Origin: Sphyrna mokarran
Lineage: Eukaryota
Reading direction: 5' to 3'
Assembly (NCBI GenBank): GCA_024679065.1
Contig: JAGIQG010000007.1
Coordinates: 98,332,001 to 98,396,000 of the forward strand
Length of the DNA: 64,000 nt
The translations under genes and the position numbers were made by a program. Below the pieces are notes generated by a model that was not told the DNA's origin, made no database searches, and was given only the letters and a program-made list of their open reading frames with translations. Position 1 is the stretch's first letter. Each line of letters begins with the position of its first letter. Below, piece after piece: positions 61,831-64,000 of the stretch.

Positions 61831-64000
61831 ATTTCTGAAAAATATGTTAAATGATGCCAGTGTACATTCAACAGATAAGAAAGGTTTCTATCCAAGTTGA
61901 GAGAGATTTAGTACAATCTAAAACATTCAATTCTTGCCATCCCATTTGACCCTGTCTCAAATTTCCGATATACATCCTCTCCAACAAAAAGGCTGTCCGT
62001 GACCACCTTCACAACCTTAGCTCACTCCCTGTTGAAACTGGGCTGAAAATTTGACAAATTTTCCATGATGGGTATCGGCCTAGGTTTGAACCTCTAATTT
62101 ATAAGGGACTTGTGAGTCTAACCTTTCTGTAAATCATCAGTTCAACTCACCCATTTCAATTCCTGAAAGGAAGTTCCGCCAAAAATCTTCCCCCTTCAAA
62201 CAGAAACTTCATAACCTCTATTTACACATTCACTGCCCCTATTATGACATACATACAAACCTACATGATAAGACAAGTGAAGGTCAGATTCTCCATCAAG
62301 TTTATCCTACCCTAACTTTTCCATACCACTAACACCTCACCTCCCGTTAGCGCCTCCCCCCCCCCCCCGCCACCTCACGAGATCAAAGCACAAAACCAAG
62401 TTAGAATCGATCATGAAGAAGATTATAGCTGGGCACTTAGGAAAACACAAGATAACCAGGAAGAATTGGATTGCTTTTGTGAAAGGGGAAACCGTATTTA
62501 ACGAAAGAAAAGAAGGGTAAGAATTTGAATATTGAGGTGCTGCTGAACCAGGTGTCAATGTAGGTGAAGGAACACAGGTATGATGGGAAAATAAGACAGA
62601 GAGTGAATGGCAGCAGAGTTTGGAATAAGCTCAAGTTTACAGAGAGTGAAAATCAATAAAAAGAAGATTGGGCTAGTCAAAGTCAGAGGTGACAAAGGCA
62701 TGGCTGAGGGTTGGGCAGAGAATGAGCGCAGGTTATGGAGGTGGTGGTAGTTAGCCTTGTTATTGGAGGGGGATGTGCAGTCCGAAGCTCCACTTAGGAT
62801 CAAAAAAGGCGGCAAAATTGTGAATGCTCTGGCTTGGCCTCACACAGTATTTTTCCAGTCAGGTGCCACAGCAAATGTTGAAAACGAATCCCCAACCCAA
62901 TTACACTTAGCTGAGCTACATTTTCAAAATAAACACTGAAGCACTCTGCCAACATTGTAAGATGAGAATGGATTCTTTCTTTCATACAATGTTATTGTGT
63001 TTGCATCCAAAAGCGATCAGTAGCGAGAACATATCTGAAACTCTATTGTTCAGTCACATCTTTCAGCACTGATGTCATTAATTATGCAGCCAGGGTTTAT
63101 TGCCGTATTCTGGGGCAGGCGTTATGGCATGAGTCCCACCATCAGATGTGGATGCCATAGTTAACAGCTCAAGTGCCACAGTCAACAGCTCAACATCATT
63201 GAAGGAAGAAGTTGGATCGCTGGGAACATTCCAAGGCTGGAAGATGGACTCCTGAATAATACTGAATCCAGAAAATCTACCTGTAGATGCTTCCTTCACC
63301 CAATATTGTTGTGTTTCAGGCTTGCTGGGAGCCACTATTCTGGACTCTGGAGGCAGTCACAGGTATTATTCAGGGTGAGTCCCAACTCCTGTGCACCAAA
63401 CCATGCTGTTCCAGTTGTGTTCTGGACTGGAACTTTTCCACAGAGAATGGGATGTGGGTGGAAGATTCCAGTTGAATCTCCATCTCCAACTTATTAGCCA
63501 GATGCAAATATGTTTCACACCGGCCTGCAGTGGGTTTCTGATCCACCATGATGGGCATCAGTGGAAGATCCCATGGGAAATTCACGCCATTATAAAACTG
63601 ATTCTTGGACTCCTGCCAAATTCTCCCTGCCATTGAATCCACCAGCAGGGCCGTGGGAGGATTCTAACCATTGCTCCAAATATATTAAAGATGGTGGCTT
63701 ATTTGTAGAGCCCATTACCCATATTCACCATGATGAATATGTGCTACATTCAACTGGAGTACATGCCAATTCTAGAATGATCTGTACAAGAAATGTCCCC
63801 AGCAAGGAATTTTCTGACGTGCTGCCCTCCCTATCTTGACCGCTGGAGTGAATCTTGGAGGAGTGCTGTAGCTGGGCAGTTCATATCCTCCTACCAACAA
63901 GGAGGCAATGAGAGGTGGGCTAGTCTGCCGCAAAATAAAGGGATCATGGTAGCTGCCGCAAAAGAAAATCTCAACTGATGTGAGCTGAAATAAGCTGAAA

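Noticed and set aside
63040-64000. Cluster of short ORFs as exons of a neighbouring gene or a Harbinger/RTE element
   Set aside because: No protein motif that I can recognise with confidence and no consistent splice pattern; left unannotated pending BLASTx.

Overview
Eukaryotic, AT-rich, repeat-dense genomic DNA from a cartilaginous fish. The HE1/V-SINE, Deu-SINE, CR1 and Penelope families point to a shark; carcharhiniform is my inference. One protein-coding gene is supported: ATP6V1C1 (V-ATPase subunit C1) on the minus strand. A probable non-coding exon 1 lies in a CpG island near 52.9 kb. Coding exons 2-10 (42628 down to 3751; 828 nt, 276 codons) all have GT-AG boundaries and join in frame as [22 protein letters not shown]...STDKKKQF. 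I did not find the remaining 3' exons, which presumably lie left of the window. The introns and the upstream 11 kb are mostly transposon debris: CR1, L2, Rex1/Babar, Penelope, Gypsy integrase, a hAT/Buster transposase and many SINEs. The most notable observations are: (1) a promoter built from a ~45-bp tandem array of E-box plus NRF1-type motifs; (2) a partial tandem duplication of exon 7, with candidate poison exons and a perfect hairpin, in intron 6; (3) a ~430-bp long inverted repeat in intron 4; (4) an inverted pair of an unusual SINE variant bracketing exons 4-6, which would form a 273-nt stop-free circle; (5) a near-intact minimal hammerhead ribozyme in the promoter-adjacent Penelope element; (6) a possible degenerate viral fusion/env relic. 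I cannot demonstrate a wholly new biological system from sequence alone. Repeat coordinates are approximate and family names come from recognition, not database searches.
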